Assembly (NCBI GenBank): GCA_035526765.1
Contig: DATLBS010000016.1
Location: 8,681-72,680 of the forward strand
DNA from: Thermoplasmatota archaeon
Lineage (GTDB): Archaea > Thermoplasmatota > E2 > JACPAO01 > JAHFTW01
Direction: 5' to 3'
Length of the DNA: 64,000 nucleotides
In this document: one piece after another, positions 1 to 10,099 of the stretch
Layout: each line of letters opens with the position of its first letter
How positions within the stretch are numbered: the first letter of the stretch is position 1
Notes under the pieces: generated by a model
What the model was told of the DNA's origin: nothing
What the model saw: only the letters and a program-made list of their open reading frames with translations
Database searches by the model: none
Position numbers and translations under genes: made by a program

Positions 1-2
1 GC

Positions 3-218
3 GCGGACATCTCGGACGACCACCTCGCCTTCATCCAGGCAGGCATCCCCGCCATCGACATCGTGGACGCGGGACGACCCACCACCTTCCCTCCCCAATG
101 GGACACCACCATGGACACCGTGGACAAGCTCGACGCCGCCATGTTGGGGCTGGTGGGGGACACGCTGCTGGCGACGCTGCGCGACCCGTCGCTTCCGGGC
201 CTGCTGCAGGCCCCCTAG
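3..218 (+). CDS. C-terminal fragment of an M28-family peptidase (aminopeptidase-like); the 5' end lies outside the window
   Basis: Frame 3 reads ADISDDHLAFIQAGIPAIDIVDAG...LPGLLQAP then stop. The SDH..F..GIPA pattern is typical of M28 peptidase C-termini. Convergent with the downstream glmM-like gene. Confidence 0.55.
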   Translation, partial: ADISDDHLAFIQAGIPAIDIVDAGRPTTFPPQWDTTMDTVDKLDAAMLGLVGDTLLATLRDPSLPGLLQAP

Positions 219-238
219 ACAAGCAGCGCGCCGAGGGA

Positions 239-1624
239 TCAGGCGGTGGCGGTGAGCTCGACGGTGCGGGTGAGGATGCCCTTGAACCGGTCCACGAGGG
301 CCTGGGCCTGCGCCGCATCGCGGGCCTCGGCCTGGATGCGGTAAATGGGCTCGGTGCCGCTGGGGCGCACCAGCACCCAGCCTTCGGCAAGGTAGGCCTT
401 GACGCCGTCGCGGTCGTCGACGGACTGGATGCCCTTCTCGGCGCCGAGGGCCTCCTTGTAGCGGGCGAGGACGGCCTGCTTCTGCTCGTCGGGGACCTGG
501 ATCTTGTCCTTCACGAGGGCATAGGAGGGGATCTCGGAGAGCAGGCTCGACAGGGGGCGCCCCGTCTTGGCCAGCAGCTCCAGCACGAACGCCATCGCCA
601 TGAGGCCGTCGCGGCAGACCTGGTGGCGCGTGAACATGAGGCCGCCGTTGTCCTCGCCGCCGAAGACCGCCTTGTGCTTCAGCATCTCGCGCGCCACGAC
701 GGGGGACCCCACGACCGTCCATTCCAGCTTGCCGCCGCCCATCGTGACGGCGTCCGCGACGCAGGAGGAGCTGGACACGGCCGTGCACACGACGCTGCCG
801 GGGGGGTGCCTCTTGAGCTCCCACACGCAGCCCAACGCAAGGCTGCGGTCGCCCCACACGTAATCCCCCTTCTCATCGATGAAGATGGCGCGGTCCGCGT
901 CGCCGTCCTGCAGGATCCCCAGGTGGGCCTTGGAGCGCTTGACCTCCTCGATGCAGCGCTTCGAGTTGGCGGGGCTGGGCTCCGAGGGGCGGTCCCTGAA
1001 CGCGCCGTCGAGGACGCAGGAGAGGGGGACGACCTGGACGCCGAGGGCCGACATGAGGCGGGGGGCGGAGACGCAGCCGGCGCCGCCGCCGGGGTCCAGC
1101 ACCACCTTGAGCTTGGCGTTGCGGATGGCCTGCTTGTCCACCTGCCTCAGCACGGCCTCGATGTAGTGGTCGACGGCCCCGGTGTCGGACGTGTGGGTGC
1201 CCACCTCGGGCCAGGGGACCAGGCGGAACTTCTGGGAATAGTAGAGGGCCTCGACCGCAGCTTCCTCGTCCTGGGAGGTCTCGGTGCCGTCCGGGGCCAC
1301 GAGCTTGATGCCGTTGTATTCGGGAGGGTTGTGGCTGGCCGTGATGATGCCGCCGGCGGCGAACCTCTTGTCGCGGACGTAGAGCTGGATGCCGGGGCTG
1401 GGCAGGATGCCGATGTCGACGGTGTGGACGCCCGTGGAGTTGATGCCGGCGCAGAAGGCTGCGTTGAGGTGGGGGCCCGAGGAGCGGGCATCGCGGCCGA
1501 CGGCGACCTTGGCGCCCTTCGGGAGCCAGCTGCCCACCGCCTGGCCGAGACGGACCGCGAGGTCCGGGGTCATCGTGGTGCCGACGACGCCGCGCACGCC
1601 GTTGGTCCCGAACAGCTTGTTCAT
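239..1624 (-). CDS. glmM: phosphohexomutase of the GlmM/ManB family (phosphoglucosamine mutase/phosphomannomutase)
   Basis: Internal ATG start MNKLFGTNGVRG within ORF 239..1690. Carries the TASHNP active-site Ser motif and GGEDNGG-type motifs of alpha-D-phosphohexomutases. Confidence 0.85.
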   Translation of the reverse strand: MNKLFGTNGVRGVVGTTMTPDLAVRLGQAVGSWLPKGAKVAVGRDARSSGPHLNAAFCAGINSTGVHTVDIGILPSPGIQLYVRDKRFAAGGIITASHNPPEYNGIKLVAPDGTETSQDEEAAVEALYYSQKFRLVPWPEVGTHTSDTGAVDHYIEAVLRQVDKQAIRNAKLKVVLDPGGGAGCVSAPRLMSALGVQVVPLSCVLDGAFRDRPSEPSPANSKRCIEEVKRSKAHLGILQDGDADRAIFIDEKGDYVWGDRSLALGCVWELKRHPPGSVVCTAVSSSSCVADAVTMGGGKLEWTVVGSPVVAREMLKHKAVFGGEDNGGLMFTRHQVCRDGLMAMAFVLELLAKTGRPLSSLLSEIPSYALVKDKIQVPDEQKQAVLARYKEALGAEKGIQSVDDRDGVKAYLAEGWVLVRPSGTEPIYRIQAEARDAAQAQALVDRFKGILTRTVELTATA

Positions 1625-1845
1625 CGGGGGTCCGGAAGCCTGGACAGGGGAAAAGCCCGGCGATTGTCGGCCCGATGGCCCCCTGCTCACACGGAGCGCG
1701 CGGAGACCACGAAACGCCTCTTCCTGCAGCAGGCGCCTGGAACGGGGCTCTCCGCGACATCAGCGACATCCGCGTGGAAAGCGAAAACCACCAGGAGATG
1801 CACTGATTCCCCACGCCTTCCGCGTGAAGGGCTGATGGACCTGGG

Positions 1846-2283
1846 CTATCCGACTTCGGGGCTGCCGAAGCTGTCCGCCTTGGGCTTGGCGGTCGCCTGC
1901 GTCTGGAACTGGATCTGCGGCAGCGGGATGGGGGGCGGCAGGCGAAGCTCCTTGGCGAGACCGACGGCCTCGGGGACGGCCATGCCCATGACGGCGCTGT
2001 GGACCTGCTGCGCCATCTCGGGCGGGAGGTTGCGGGAGGCGCCCCATGCGTCCGCGGCCACACCCGCACCGGGGTCGTTGAAGGTGAGGGTCCCCTCGAT
2101 CTTGATGACTCCCAGCGGGCCGTAGCTGGTGGTGTAGCCGAACTCGACGCGCAGGCGGTCGTCCGCCTCGCGGGCGACCAGGGTCAGCGTGGAGTTGTGG
2201 TCGATGCGGATCTGCTGGTTGGGCACGGGGTCGCTGAAGCGGCGCGCCTCGATGGAGCGGAGGACGATCCCCGTGACAGGCAT
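1846..2283 (-). CDS. hypothetical protein of about 145 aa
   Basis: Internal ATG (MPVTGIVLRSIEARRF...) within ORF 1846..2433. No recognisable family. Immediately follows the glmM-like gene on the same strand. Confidence 0.4.
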   Translation of the reverse strand: MPVTGIVLRSIEARRFSDPVPNQQIRIDHNSTLTLVAREADDRLRVEFGYTTSYGPLGVIKIEGTLTFNDPGAGVAADAWGASRNLPPEMAQQVHSAVMGMAVPEAVGLAKELRLPPPIPLPQIQFQTQATAKPKADSFGSPEVG

Positions 2284-2423
2284 GGGGCGCGCGAGGGGGG
2301 GCCTTGATAAAAAGCGGGTGGCGGATTGGACAGATGCGACGCGATGCAGCCGATGCTGGAACCACAGCCTGCCCACATCTTGAGGTTCATCCCCGAGGGA
2401 GCAATGCCGCGAAGGGTTCCCCC

Positions 2424-2780
2424 ATGGCATCATCCACCCGCCTCCAGCAAGCCGACGTCCAGGTCCACGAGCACCGCACCGCCAAGGTCGTCGAGCTCGT
2501 CAGCAGCAGCAGCCGCAGCTTCCAGGAAGCCATCGAGAACGCGCTGGCCGATGCCCGCTCCACGACCCGCGGCATCACGGGCGCCCACGTCGAGAACATG
2601 CACGTCGTGTGCGACGATGGCCGCATCACGGCGTACAAGGTCAACCTGAAGGTCAGCTTCGGCGTGGAGCGCGACTCCGGGCGCGGCTCTTCCGGGAGCG
2701 ACTCGGAGTCCCGCAGCACCGGTTCGCGCGACAGCAGCTCGTCCCGCAACGGCTCGTCCCGCCGCAACGGCTCTGCCTAG
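2424..2780 (+). CDS. dodecin-family flavin-binding protein with a Ser/Arg-rich low-complexity C-terminal tail
   Basis: The core HVENMHVVCDDGRITAYKVNLKVSFGVE matches the dodecin fold signature (..V..V.E.VG.S..S...A.....A...RG...EV...H.V..G.I..Y.V.LKV.F). The tail reads SGRGSSGSDSESRSTGSRDSSSSRNGSSRRNGSA. Confidence 0.7.
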   Translation: MASSTRLQQADVQVHEHRTAKVVELVSSSSRSFQEAIENALADARSTTRGITGAHVENMHVVCDDGRITAYKVNLKVSFGVERDSGRGSSGSDSESRSTGSRDSSSSRNGSSRRNGSA

Positions 2781-2785
2781 ACGCG

Positions 2786-2850
2786 CTCCCGGCGTCTTCC
2801 GTTCCGGTCGTCCTATCCTCTTTTCCTTTTCCCTCGTTGTCCGCGTCAGG
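2786..2850 (+). terminator. pyrimidine/T-rich tract downstream of the dodecin gene (archaeal intrinsic-terminator-like)
   Basis: Runs tcctatcctcttttccttttccctcgttg stand out in a 68% GC background. Confidence 0.35.
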
Positions 2851-2949
2851 CCTTCCGGGCGCATTTTGTGGCGCCGGTTGCCAGGTCTGCCGGACCTTGC
2901 AGGAGGCTCGTTCGGTCTCCGAGCGCGGATGCTTCGAAACGGGACAGGG

Positions 2950-3225
2950 TCAGGCCGTGAGGGCGCGGGCCTGCAGGAACGTCTTGCCACGCCGGGTGAT
3001 GCGGTAGCGGTCCTCCTTGAGGTCCGCACCGGGGCTGAACACGCGGCACAGCAGGCCGTCATCCACGCATTCGTCCAGGGCGAGGCCGAACCAGGATCCG
3101 ACGTCTGCCGAGGACAGCGCCATCTCCGCTTCCAGGTCATCATAGGTAAGGCCGCCGCGCTGGCGGACCGCATGCAGGATGTTCCAGACCCCGTGCATGA
3201 GTGCGGCAAAGCGTCCCCCAGACAT
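2950..3225 (-). CDS. small putative winged-helix DNA-binding protein (91 aa)
   Basis: ORF MSGGRFAALMHGVWNILHAVRQRGGLTYDDLEAEMALSS...RYRITRRGKTFLQARA has an HTH-like layout with a wing motif (RYRITRRGK). It sits just upstream of the sensor kinase gene. Confidence 0.4.
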   Translation of the reverse strand: MSGGRFAALMHGVWNILHAVRQRGGLTYDDLEAEMALSSADVGSWFGLALDECVDDGLLCRVFSPGADLKEDRYRITRRGKTFLQARALTA

Positions 3226-5714
3226 GTGCGCTGAGGGACAAAACGTTGGGCCCCTGGTCCGCGCTGTCCAATCAAGCAGGCCTTAATCGACCCCGCCATT
3301 GCCACGCCGTGGTGACGGCCCCGGCTCCCAGGCAGGTGACCGCCACCGCGGCCGCGCGCGCCACCGTGCTGGCCTGCGCCCTCCTGACCGCGTCGCTGGC
3401 GGCGCTGGTGCTGGCGGGCTGGAGGCTGGGCTGGCCAGTCCTCACCTCGCTGGCCCCAGGGGGCCCCAGCATGATGGCCACCACGGCCTGGGCGCTCATG
3501 GCCCTCGCCGCAGGCCTCCTGGCCATCCGCAGGGGCCGCTTGCCTGCGGTGAGCCTCATGGCGGGCATCCTGGTGGCCACCTTCGGGATGGCCGTGGCCG
3601 CCGAGTACGCCCTGGGGCTGGACCTCGGCGTGGACGGCTGGGGGTGGCGCATCATGGGCAGCACGCCCCCGCCGTCGCCCCGCATCGCGCCCCTCACCGC
3701 GCTTGGCCTCATCGCCGCCGGCACCGCGACGGCGGCCATGGGGAGCGCGAAGGGACGACGCCTGGGCACGCCGCTTGCCCTGGTGGGAGGCGCCGTGGGG
3801 TTGCTGCAGCTCACCACCGACCTGTACGGCACCCGCGTCCCGGGCCGGAACACGCAGATGGCCGCGCACACCGCGCTGGCGATCCTCCTCCTTGCCATCG
3901 GGCAGCTTTCCCTGCGGCCCCACGAAGGGCGCCTGGCGGTGCTGTGGGGGCGGAGCGAGGCCTCCCGTGTCGCGCGACGGCTGCTGCCGGCGGCGCTGCT
4001 GTCGCCGCTTGCCCTGGGCCTGCCCTTCGCGCTAGCCGTCCGCTCGGGCACGCAGCAGTCCCTCTTCGCGCTCGCCCTCTTCGCGGCCTCGACGGCGGCC
4101 CTCGTGACCTCCGTCGTCTGGGTCGTCATCCTCCACCTCGAGCGCACCGGGGCCGCCCGGGATGCCCTCGTCGAGGCGGACCAGCGCAAGACCGCTCTCC
4201 TCACGGCCATCACGGAGACCACCAGCGACTCGATCTCCGTGAAGGACCTCGACAGCCGGTACGTGTACCTCAACGCCGCTGCGGGCCGGCTGCTGGGCCA
4301 TCCGGCGCAGGACCTGGTCGGGACGGACCTGTCGCAGGTCCTGGACGCGGCCACCCTGGCCCGGGTGCGGGACCAGGAGCGCGGCGTCATCGCGACCGGC
4401 CAGCCGGAGACCCGCGAGCAGGTCATCCCGGTGGACGGCGTGAAGCACCTCCTGCTGACCGAGAAGGCCCCGTACCGCGACCTGCAGGGGCGGATCGTGG
4501 GCACCATCGGGGTGTCCCGCGACATCACCGACCGCAAGAAGGCCGAGGAGGACCTGCGCCGCGCCGAGGAGCGGCTGTCCAAGGTGTTCGAGGCCACCCC
4601 GGTCGGCATCGCCCTCACGCACGCCGACGGCCGCTTCGTCGATGTCAACCCCGCCTTCCAGCAGATCACGGGGCGCACCCGCCACCAGCTCTTGTCCCCC
4701 AGCTTCACGGCGTACCAGCTGTGGGAGGACCCCGCTGACCGGGACCGCATGCTCGCGCAGGTCCGCGGCGGCGCCCTGGTGCGCGGCCACGGCGTCCGCG
4801 CCAAGCGCGCCGACGGCCAGCTGCGCGACCTCGAGGTCTCCATGGACCTTCTGGACGTGGGTGGGGAGACGCTGATCCTCACCATCGCGGCCGACGTCAC
4901 GGACCAGGCCTTGGCCGCGCGCCAGCGCGACGCCCACTCCATGGCCTTGGCGGAGCTCGACCGCCTGCAGCGCATCGAGCAGTTCCGCACCGCCTTCATC
5001 AACACCACTGCGCACGAGCTCGCCACGCCCCTCACGCCCATCCTGATCGACATGCGCCTGCTGGCCGGCCCCGAGGTGGAGTGCCTGCCTGCCCAGCAGC
5101 GGCGCGCGCTGGGCTCCCTGCTGCGCAACATCGAGCGGCTGCGGCAGACGGCGCAGGGCGTGATCGACGCCTCGCGCGTGCAGAGCGCCCAGTTGCGCCT
5201 CGACCTGCAGGACCTCGACGTCGCCACCGCCGTTCGGGACGCCGTGGCGACCCATGCCACCCCCGCGCAGCGCGCCGGCGTCCGCCTGGAGATGCAGCCC
5301 GGAGGGTCGCTGTGCGTGCGGGCGGACCCCGGGCGCCTCGCGCTCATCCTGGGCCACCTGCTGGGGAACGCGCTGAAGTTCACGCCCGCGGGGGGCCGCG
5401 TCGTGGTTGCCTGGGGGCGCCGCGATGGCTTTGCCCGGATCCGCGTGCAGGACACCGGGCCCGGGCTGGACGAGGCGCAGCAGGCGCTGCTCTGGCAACC
5501 CTATTCGCAGGTCCATGACCGCATGCAAAGCAGCGCTGTCGGCAGCGGCCTGGGGCTGTTCGTGAGCAGGAACCTCGTCGCCCTGCACGGCGGCGACGTG
5601 GGGGTCGAGAGCCCCATGCCAGGGGGCGGCAGCACCTTCTGGTTCACGCTGCCCCTGGGCAACGGGGACGCCACCGCCGGAACGGGGGGCCAGCGAGGCC
5701 TGCCCAACACCTAA
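3201..5714 (+). CDS. membrane-anchored multi-PAS sensor histidine kinase (start uncertain; a GTG near 3312 is possible)
   Basis: N-terminal TM helices, PAS repeats, a HisKA H-box (TAHELATPLTPI), and HATPase_c G-boxes (DTGPGLDE, GSGLGLFVSRNLVALHGG). No cognate response regulator lies adjacent. Confidence 0.85.
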   Translation: MRQSVPQTCALRDKTLGPWSALSNQAGLNRPRHCHAVVTAPAPRQVTATAAARATVLACALLTASLAALVLAGWRLGWPVLTSLAPGGPSMMATTAWALMALAAGLLAIRRGRLPAVSLMAGILVATFGMAVAAEYALGLDLGVDGWGWRIMGSTPPPSPRIAPLTALGLIAAGTATAAMGSAKGRRLGTPLALVGGAVGLLQLTTDLYGTRVPGRNTQMAAHTALAILLLAIGQLSLRPHEGRLAVLWGRSEASRVARRLLPAALLSPLALGLPFALAVRSGTQQSLFALALFAASTAALVTSVVWVVILHLERTGAARDALVEADQRKTALLTAITETTSDSISVKDLDSRYVYLNAAAGRLLGHPAQDLVGTDLSQVLDAATLARVRDQERGVIATGQPETREQVIPVDGVKHLLLTEKAPYRDLQGRIVGTIGVSRDITDRKKAEEDLRRAEERLSKVFEATPVGIALTHADGRFVDVNPAFQQITGRTRHQLLSPSFTAYQLWEDPADRDRMLAQVRGGALVRGHGVRAKRADGQLRDLEVSMDLLDVGGETLILTIAADVTDQALAARQRDAHSMALAELDRLQRIEQFRTAFINTTAHELATPLTPILIDMRLLAGPEVECLPAQQRRALGSLLRNIERLRQTAQGVIDASRVQSAQLRLDLQDLDVATAVRDAVATHATPAQRAGVRLEMQPGGSLCVRADPGRLALILGHLLGNALKFTPAGGRVVVAWGRRDGFARIRVQDTGPGLDEAQQALLWQPYSQVHDRMQSSAVGSGLGLFVSRNLVALHGGDVGVESPMPGGGSTFWFTLPLGNGDATAGTGGQRGLPNT

Positions 5715-5748
5715 ATGGGGGCCTCGCGTAGGGAGGTTCCCGTAGCGC

Positions 5749-7398
5749 ATGACGAAGTACATCGTCGTCACGGGCGGGGTGTTGTCGGGCCTGGGCAAAG
5801 GCATCACGACGAGCTCCATCGGGACCCTCCTCAAGGCACGCGGCGTGAGCCTGACCGCCGTCAAGATCGATCCCTACCTCAACTCGGACGCGGGCACTAT
5901 GAACCCGTTCGAGCACGGCGAGGTCTTCGTCCTCAACGACGGCGGCGAAGCGGACCTGGACCTCGGGAACTACGAGCGGTTCCTCGACATCCCCCTCACC
6001 CGCGACAACAACATCACGACCGGCAAGGTGTACAAGTCGGTCATCGACAAGGAGCGCCGAGGGGATTACCTCGGCAAGACCGTGCAGATCGTGCCCCACA
6101 TCACCAACGAGATCCGCGAATGGATCAAGCGCGTGGCCAAGAAGTCGAACGCGGACGTGTGCCTGGTCGAGGTCGGCGGCACCGTGGGCGACATCGAGTC
6201 TGCGCCCTTCCTCGAGGCCATCCGGCAACTCCACCGCGAAGTGGGCCACGAGAACCTGTTCCTCATCCACACTTCCCTGGTCCCGGTCGTCGGCGCGGTC
6301 GGGGAGCAGAAGACCAAGCCGACGCAGCACACGGTGCGCGACCTCAAGTCCATCGGTCTCCACCCCGACATGATCGTCTGCCGCAGCGCGCAGCCCCTGC
6401 ATCCCGAGATCCGCGAGAAGATCGCGAGCTTCTGCGACGTCGACGAGGCCGCCGTCATCTCCGCCCACGACGCGCGCAGCATCTACGAGGTGCCCCTCAT
6501 CCTCGAGGAGCAGGGCGTCCCCGACACCATCCTGCACCGCCTCAAGGTGAAGGCCAAGGCGCCCGACCTGGCCCCCTGGCGCGAGCTCGTGGACAAGATC
6601 GTGAACCCCAGCCACCAGGTCACGGTCGCCTTCGTGGGCAAGTACACGGACCTCAGCGACTCCTACCTCAGCATCAACGAGGCCCTGCGCCACGCCGGGG
6701 CGTCCCTTGACACGAAGGTGAAGATCGCCTACATCGAGGGCGAGGACCTCGAGTCGGACGACCGCGAGGCCTGGAAGAAGCTGAAGGAATCCGATGCCAT
6801 CCTCGTCGGTCCCGGCTTCGGCAGCCGCGGCACCGAGGGGAAGATCCGTGCCGTGCAGCACGCCCGCGAGAACGGCGTCCCCTTCCTCGGCATCTGCCTT
6901 GGCTTCCAGTTGGCCATCGTCGAGATGGCGCGCCACCTCGCCAAGCTCCCCCACGCCAATTCGACGGAGATGGACGTCAACACCGCCGACCCCGTCATCT
7001 GCATCCTGCCGGAGCAGTACGAGATCGCGGAACTGGGCGGCACGATGCGCCTGGGGTCCTACGAGTGCGTCCTTGCCATGGGCAGCCTTGCGCACGAGCT
7101 GTACGGGCGCGACCTGGTCTCCGAACGGCACCGCCACCGCTACGAGATGAACCCCGAGTACGTCGAGCGCATGGAGAAGGCGGGCGTCGTCTTCTCGGGC
7201 CGCATGCCGGACCGCCCCATCATGGAGGTCATGGAGCTGCCGCGCATCCAGCACCCGTACTTCATCGGCGGCCAGTTCCACCCCGAGTTCAACTCGCGCC
7301 CCCAGAAGCCGGGGCCGCTCTTCGTCGGCCTCATCCAGGCGGCCCTCGTCGAGAAGGGCGTCCTCAAGGCAGGCCCCGAGCCCGTCGCCGCCGCCTGA
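5749..7398 (+). CDS. pyrG: CTP synthase
   Basis: [25 protein letters not shown] at the N-terminus and a C-terminal glutamine amidotransferase domain (GICLGFQ). Full length 549 aa. Confidence 0.95.
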   Translation: MTKYIVVTGGVLSGLGKGITTSSIGTLLKARGVSLTAVKIDPYLNSDAGTMNPFEHGEVFVLNDGGEADLDLGNYERFLDIPLTRDNNITTGKVYKSVIDKERRGDYLGKTVQIVPHITNEIREWIKRVAKKSNADVCLVEVGGTVGDIESAPFLEAIRQLHREVGHENLFLIHTSLVPVVGAVGEQKTKPTQHTVRDLKSIGLHPDMIVCRSAQPLHPEIREKIASFCDVDEAAVISAHDARSIYEVPLILEEQGVPDTILHRLKVKAKAPDLAPWRELVDKIVNPSHQVTVAFVGKYTDLSDSYLSINEALRHAGASLDTKVKIAYIEGEDLESDDREAWKKLKESDAILVGPGFGSRGTEGKIRAVQHARENGVPFLGICLGFQLAIVEMARHLAKLPHANSTEMDVNTADPVICILPEQYEIAELGGTMRLGSYECVLAMGSLAHELYGRDLVSERHRHRYEMNPEYVERMEKAGVVFSGRMPDRPIMEVMELPRIQHPYFIGGQFHPEFNSRPQKPGPLFVGLIQAALVEKGVLKAGPEPVAAA

Positions 7399-7486
7399 GC
7401 CATCAGCCCAATCAGAAGGGCAGGGACCCGGGACGGGGCGAGAAGTCGCAAAAGAAGAAGGAAGGGAAGAGGAGGGACGGGTCGCC

Positions 7487-8725
7487 CTAGTTGGCGTCCA
7501 TGGCGCCGCTGCGCGCCATGTCGATCCAGCGCTGCGCCACCGCGGGGGTGACGTCGGTGCCCTGGATGCGGACCTTGCGGCCACGCTCGGCGTCCTTGAC
7601 ACGGCGGGAGACCTCTTCGGCGGTCTCGGCGGCCAGCTGCTTGACGCTCAGGATGCCGGCGGCGACCAGGACCTCGGCGCTCTGGGGGCCGATGCCCTTG
7701 ACGCGGATCAGTTCGGCCATGGCCTGCCACTGCTTCACGAGCTCGGGGGTGGCGCCGATGAGGTTGCCGACCTGGTTGGCGTCGATGGCCAGGAGCTGCG
7801 GGATCGTGATGACGCCGTGCGCGTTGAGGCGGGAGGCGTACGCGGGCCCGATGCCCTCGATGGAGAGGATGTGCTGCTTCTCCTCGCCGGCCACGAACTC
7901 GACCGGCTTCTTGGGGCGGCTGGACTGCACGAGGTTGATGTTCTGGTCCTCGAGCTCGCGCTGCTTGACCAGCAGGAGCGTCTCGCGCTTCTTCAGGGAG
8001 GCCAGCTCGGAGTCGAGGGTCTGGCGCAGGGCGGCCTGCTCCATGTCGCGGCGCTCGATGCCTTCCATGGTCTCGTCGACGCGGATGTTGAGCTTCTTCT
8101 GCCCGGCTTCGAGGACGACGACCTTCTCCTGCAGCTCCTTGAGCAGGGGGGAGTTGACCTTGTCGGCCGTGCGCAGGGCGGTGATGTCCTTGGCCATCGC
8201 GCCGACGTCCGCGACCAGCTTCTCGATCGTGGTGCGGTAGGCGGGCTCGCGGCTGAGGGCCTCGGCGCGGGCCAGGGCGTCGGCGGCGTTCTTGAGGGCC
8301 TGGTTGGAGGCGCGCATGGCGCCGTCGTACATCTGGTCGCGGGCGTTGAACTCCCGCTTCATGGACTCCTTCAGGTCGGCAAGGTCGCGGCGGAGGGCGT
8401 CGCGGAACTCGCGGGAGGCCTCCTCCTCGCCGCGGCGCATGTCGGTCATGCGCTCCTGCTCGGAGGCGAAGAGGTCGCGGACCTGCCGCTCGACGTCGAA
8501 GATGACGCCGATGCGGAACAGGAACAGGACGAGGACGACGGTCACGACGAGGGTGGAGAGCAGCAGGGCACGGCTGAGGGCGCCGATCTCGAAGACGCCG
8601 AGGCCGGGCACGTTGCCGAGGCCCAGGATGAGCGCCGTGACGACGCCGAAGCCGAGGATGATCGCGAGAGCCCGGAAGAACTGGACATTGCGCTTGGCAA
8701 AGTCCCCTGCATCGTTGCCGTCCAT
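7487..8725 (-). CDS. membrane protein with a coiled coil and C-terminal tandem helix-hairpin-helix repeats (DUF4332-like)
   Basis: N-terminal TM segments and a long charged coiled coil. The C-terminus reads EGIGPAYASRLNAHGVITIPQLL ... KQWQAMAELIRVKGIGPQSAEVLVAAGI. A paralog lies at 36613..37719. Confidence 0.65.
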   Translation of the reverse strand: MDGNDAGDFAKRNVQFFRALAIILGFGVVTALILGLGNVPGLGVFEIGALSRALLLSTLVVTVVLVLFLFRIGVIFDVERQVRDLFASEQERMTDMRRGEEEASREFRDALRRDLADLKESMKREFNARDQMYDGAMRASNQALKNAADALARAEALSREPAYRTTIEKLVADVGAMAKDITALRTADKVNSPLLKELQEKVVVLEAGQKKLNIRVDETMEGIERRDMEQAALRQTLDSELASLKKRETLLLVKQRELEDQNINLVQSSRPKKPVEFVAGEEKQHILSIEGIGPAYASRLNAHGVITIPQLLAIDANQVGNLIGATPELVKQWQAMAELIRVKGIGPQSAEVLVAAGILSVKQLAAETAEEVSRRVKDAERGRKVRIQGTDVTPAVAQRWIDMARSGAMDAN

Positions 8726-8800
8726 GGAGCCTCCTAGGCAGGTCTAGGATAAGCGTTTTCCTTCTGGAAACGGCGCGCCGGGGCCGAAGGCCTTTAGTGC

Positions 8801-10099
8801 CTAGGAATCCGGGGAGTCCGCCTTCATGAACTCGCGCATCACGACGGTGGCGTAGGACCCTTTCCCCAGGGCGAAGGAGAACACGGGGTCCTCGCCCCCG
8901 TCGGCGGGCACCCAGGCGAGCTCGAGGCCGCGCACGGGCTGCAGGATGCCGCGGCGGCGCCCCTCGGAGGCCACCTCCGGCATCTCGCGCACACGGAACC
9001 CGGCCAGGTCGACCCCGTGCAGGTCAAGGACCTCCTGCTCGATCTCGCCCATCGCCCCCTCGGCCAGGGGCGCGACCAGTCCTGGAAGGACGGCCGTCAG
9101 GGTGGCGCGGCCCAGGTCCAACTCCCTTTGGACCCTGGCGCGGTTGGTGGCGGTGACAAGGTGGGTCTTGGTGCCTTCCTCGTCCATCCCCATGACGCGG
9201 TCGCCGACGTGCGCCTGGTTGAGCCCCATGCCCGCCGCGACACGGGCGGAGAGGATCTCGTTGAACAGCAGAGACTGGTGCGCGTGGACGAAGAGCTGCA
9301 GGAGGTTCACAGGGTGGGCGCAGAGGGCGTACCGCCAATCGCCGGGGCGTTTCTGGAGCCGGCGCAGCATGTCGCGTTCCGGGTCCAATTGGGCGGGGAA
9401 CTGCTCCAGCGCCTTGCCCGGGTCGCGGGTCTCCTCGTAGATGCGGCGGGCTGCCTGGGCCTCCTCGCGCTCGCCAGGCATCGGGTGTCCGACGTAGAGG
9501 CGGACGGCCTCTTCCAGGTCGCCATCGACGAGGGCCTTGCCCACGAGGTGCGTGATGGGGCGGAAGTGGCCGCCGAAGCGCTGCGTGCCGAAGAAGTTGG
9601 GCACGCCACCGTTGGCCACGATGGCATCAAGGGTTCCCTGCACCGCGGCCTTGTCGCGGCTGGACCCCCGCACGCGCAGGACGAAGCGGTTGCCCTCGTG
9701 CGCCCCCGTGAAGCTTGCCTTGCGGGTGGCATGGGCCTCCAGGACCTTGACGTCGGACATCGCAAGGGCCTGCACCTTGGCCATGGGGGCCTTGAAGGTG
9801 AACCACTGCTCCGTGACGGCGCGCTTGTCCTTCATGCCGGCGAAGGCGACGTGCTCGCGCGGGATGCCCAGCTCGCGGGCGGCCTGCATGGCGAAGCGGT
9901 TGGTCTCCCAGTTGCGCAGCTCGATGCGGGCGGCCGTGTACGCGCCGTCGGCGAGGGGTGCAGGGCCAGGTCCGAGCTCGATGACGCGGAAGTCCTCGGG
10001 CTCGGTGCGCAGCTTGCCGCCGATGCCGGGGGTGGTGGAGAGGTAGGAGCGGAGGCCGAGGGCCTGCTCGGATTCCGGAGGCACGGGGTGCTGGCCCAT
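8801..10099 (-). CDS. truD: tRNA pseudouridine(13) synthase TruD
   Basis: Full-length TruD-like sequence (GGKLRTEPEDFRVIE ... FAGMKDKRAVTEQWF). Internal ATG MGQHPV; the track ORF opens at an upstream GTG. Confidence 0.85.
   Translation of the reverse strand: MGQHPVPPESEQALGLRSYLSTTPGIGGKLRTEPEDFRVIELGPGPAPLADGAYTAARIELRNWETNRFAMQAARELGIPREHVAFAGMKDKRAVTEQWFTFKAPMAKVQALAMSDVKVLEAHATRKASFTGAHEGNRFVLRVRGSSRDKAAVQGTLDAIVANGGVPNFFGTQRFGGHFRPITHLVGKALVDGDLEEAVRLYVGHPMPGEREEAQAARRIYEETRDPGKALEQFPAQLDPERDMLRRLQKRPGDWRYALCAHPVNLLQLFVHAHQSLLFNEILSARVAAGMGLNQAHVGDRVMGMDEEGTKTHLVTATNRARVQRELDLGRATLTAVLPGLVAPLAEGAMGEIEQEVLDLHGVDLAGFRVREMPEVASEGRRRGILQPVRGLELAWVPADGGEDPVFSFALGKGSYATVVMREFMKADSPDS

Noticed and set aside
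229-238. Third occurrence of the gcgccgaggg 10-mer (the tRNA-Ser 3' end) near glmM
   Set aside because: It is too short to be significant at this GC content, so it is not treated as an att site.
98-2125. 675-aa plus-strand ORF (and others such as 873..2069 and 31..390) overlapping glmM
   Set aside because: It runs antisense to a well-supported phosphohexomutase gene, is extremely Arg/Gly/Ala/His-rich with low complexity, and has no domain. High-GC antisense open frames of this kind are typical artifacts.
3272-5455. 727-aa minus-strand ORF, plus 2430..3923, 3299..4738 and 4032..5864
   Set aside because: These are antisense or alternative-frame shadows of the histidine kinase gene. Their composition is dominated by R/A/S/P, and the kinase frame carries the real PAS/HisKA/HATPase motifs.
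5644-7602. 652-aa minus-strand ORF and the 5715..6710 plus ORF over pyrG
   Set aside because: pyrG is unambiguous on the plus strand in a different frame; these are shadow ORFs.
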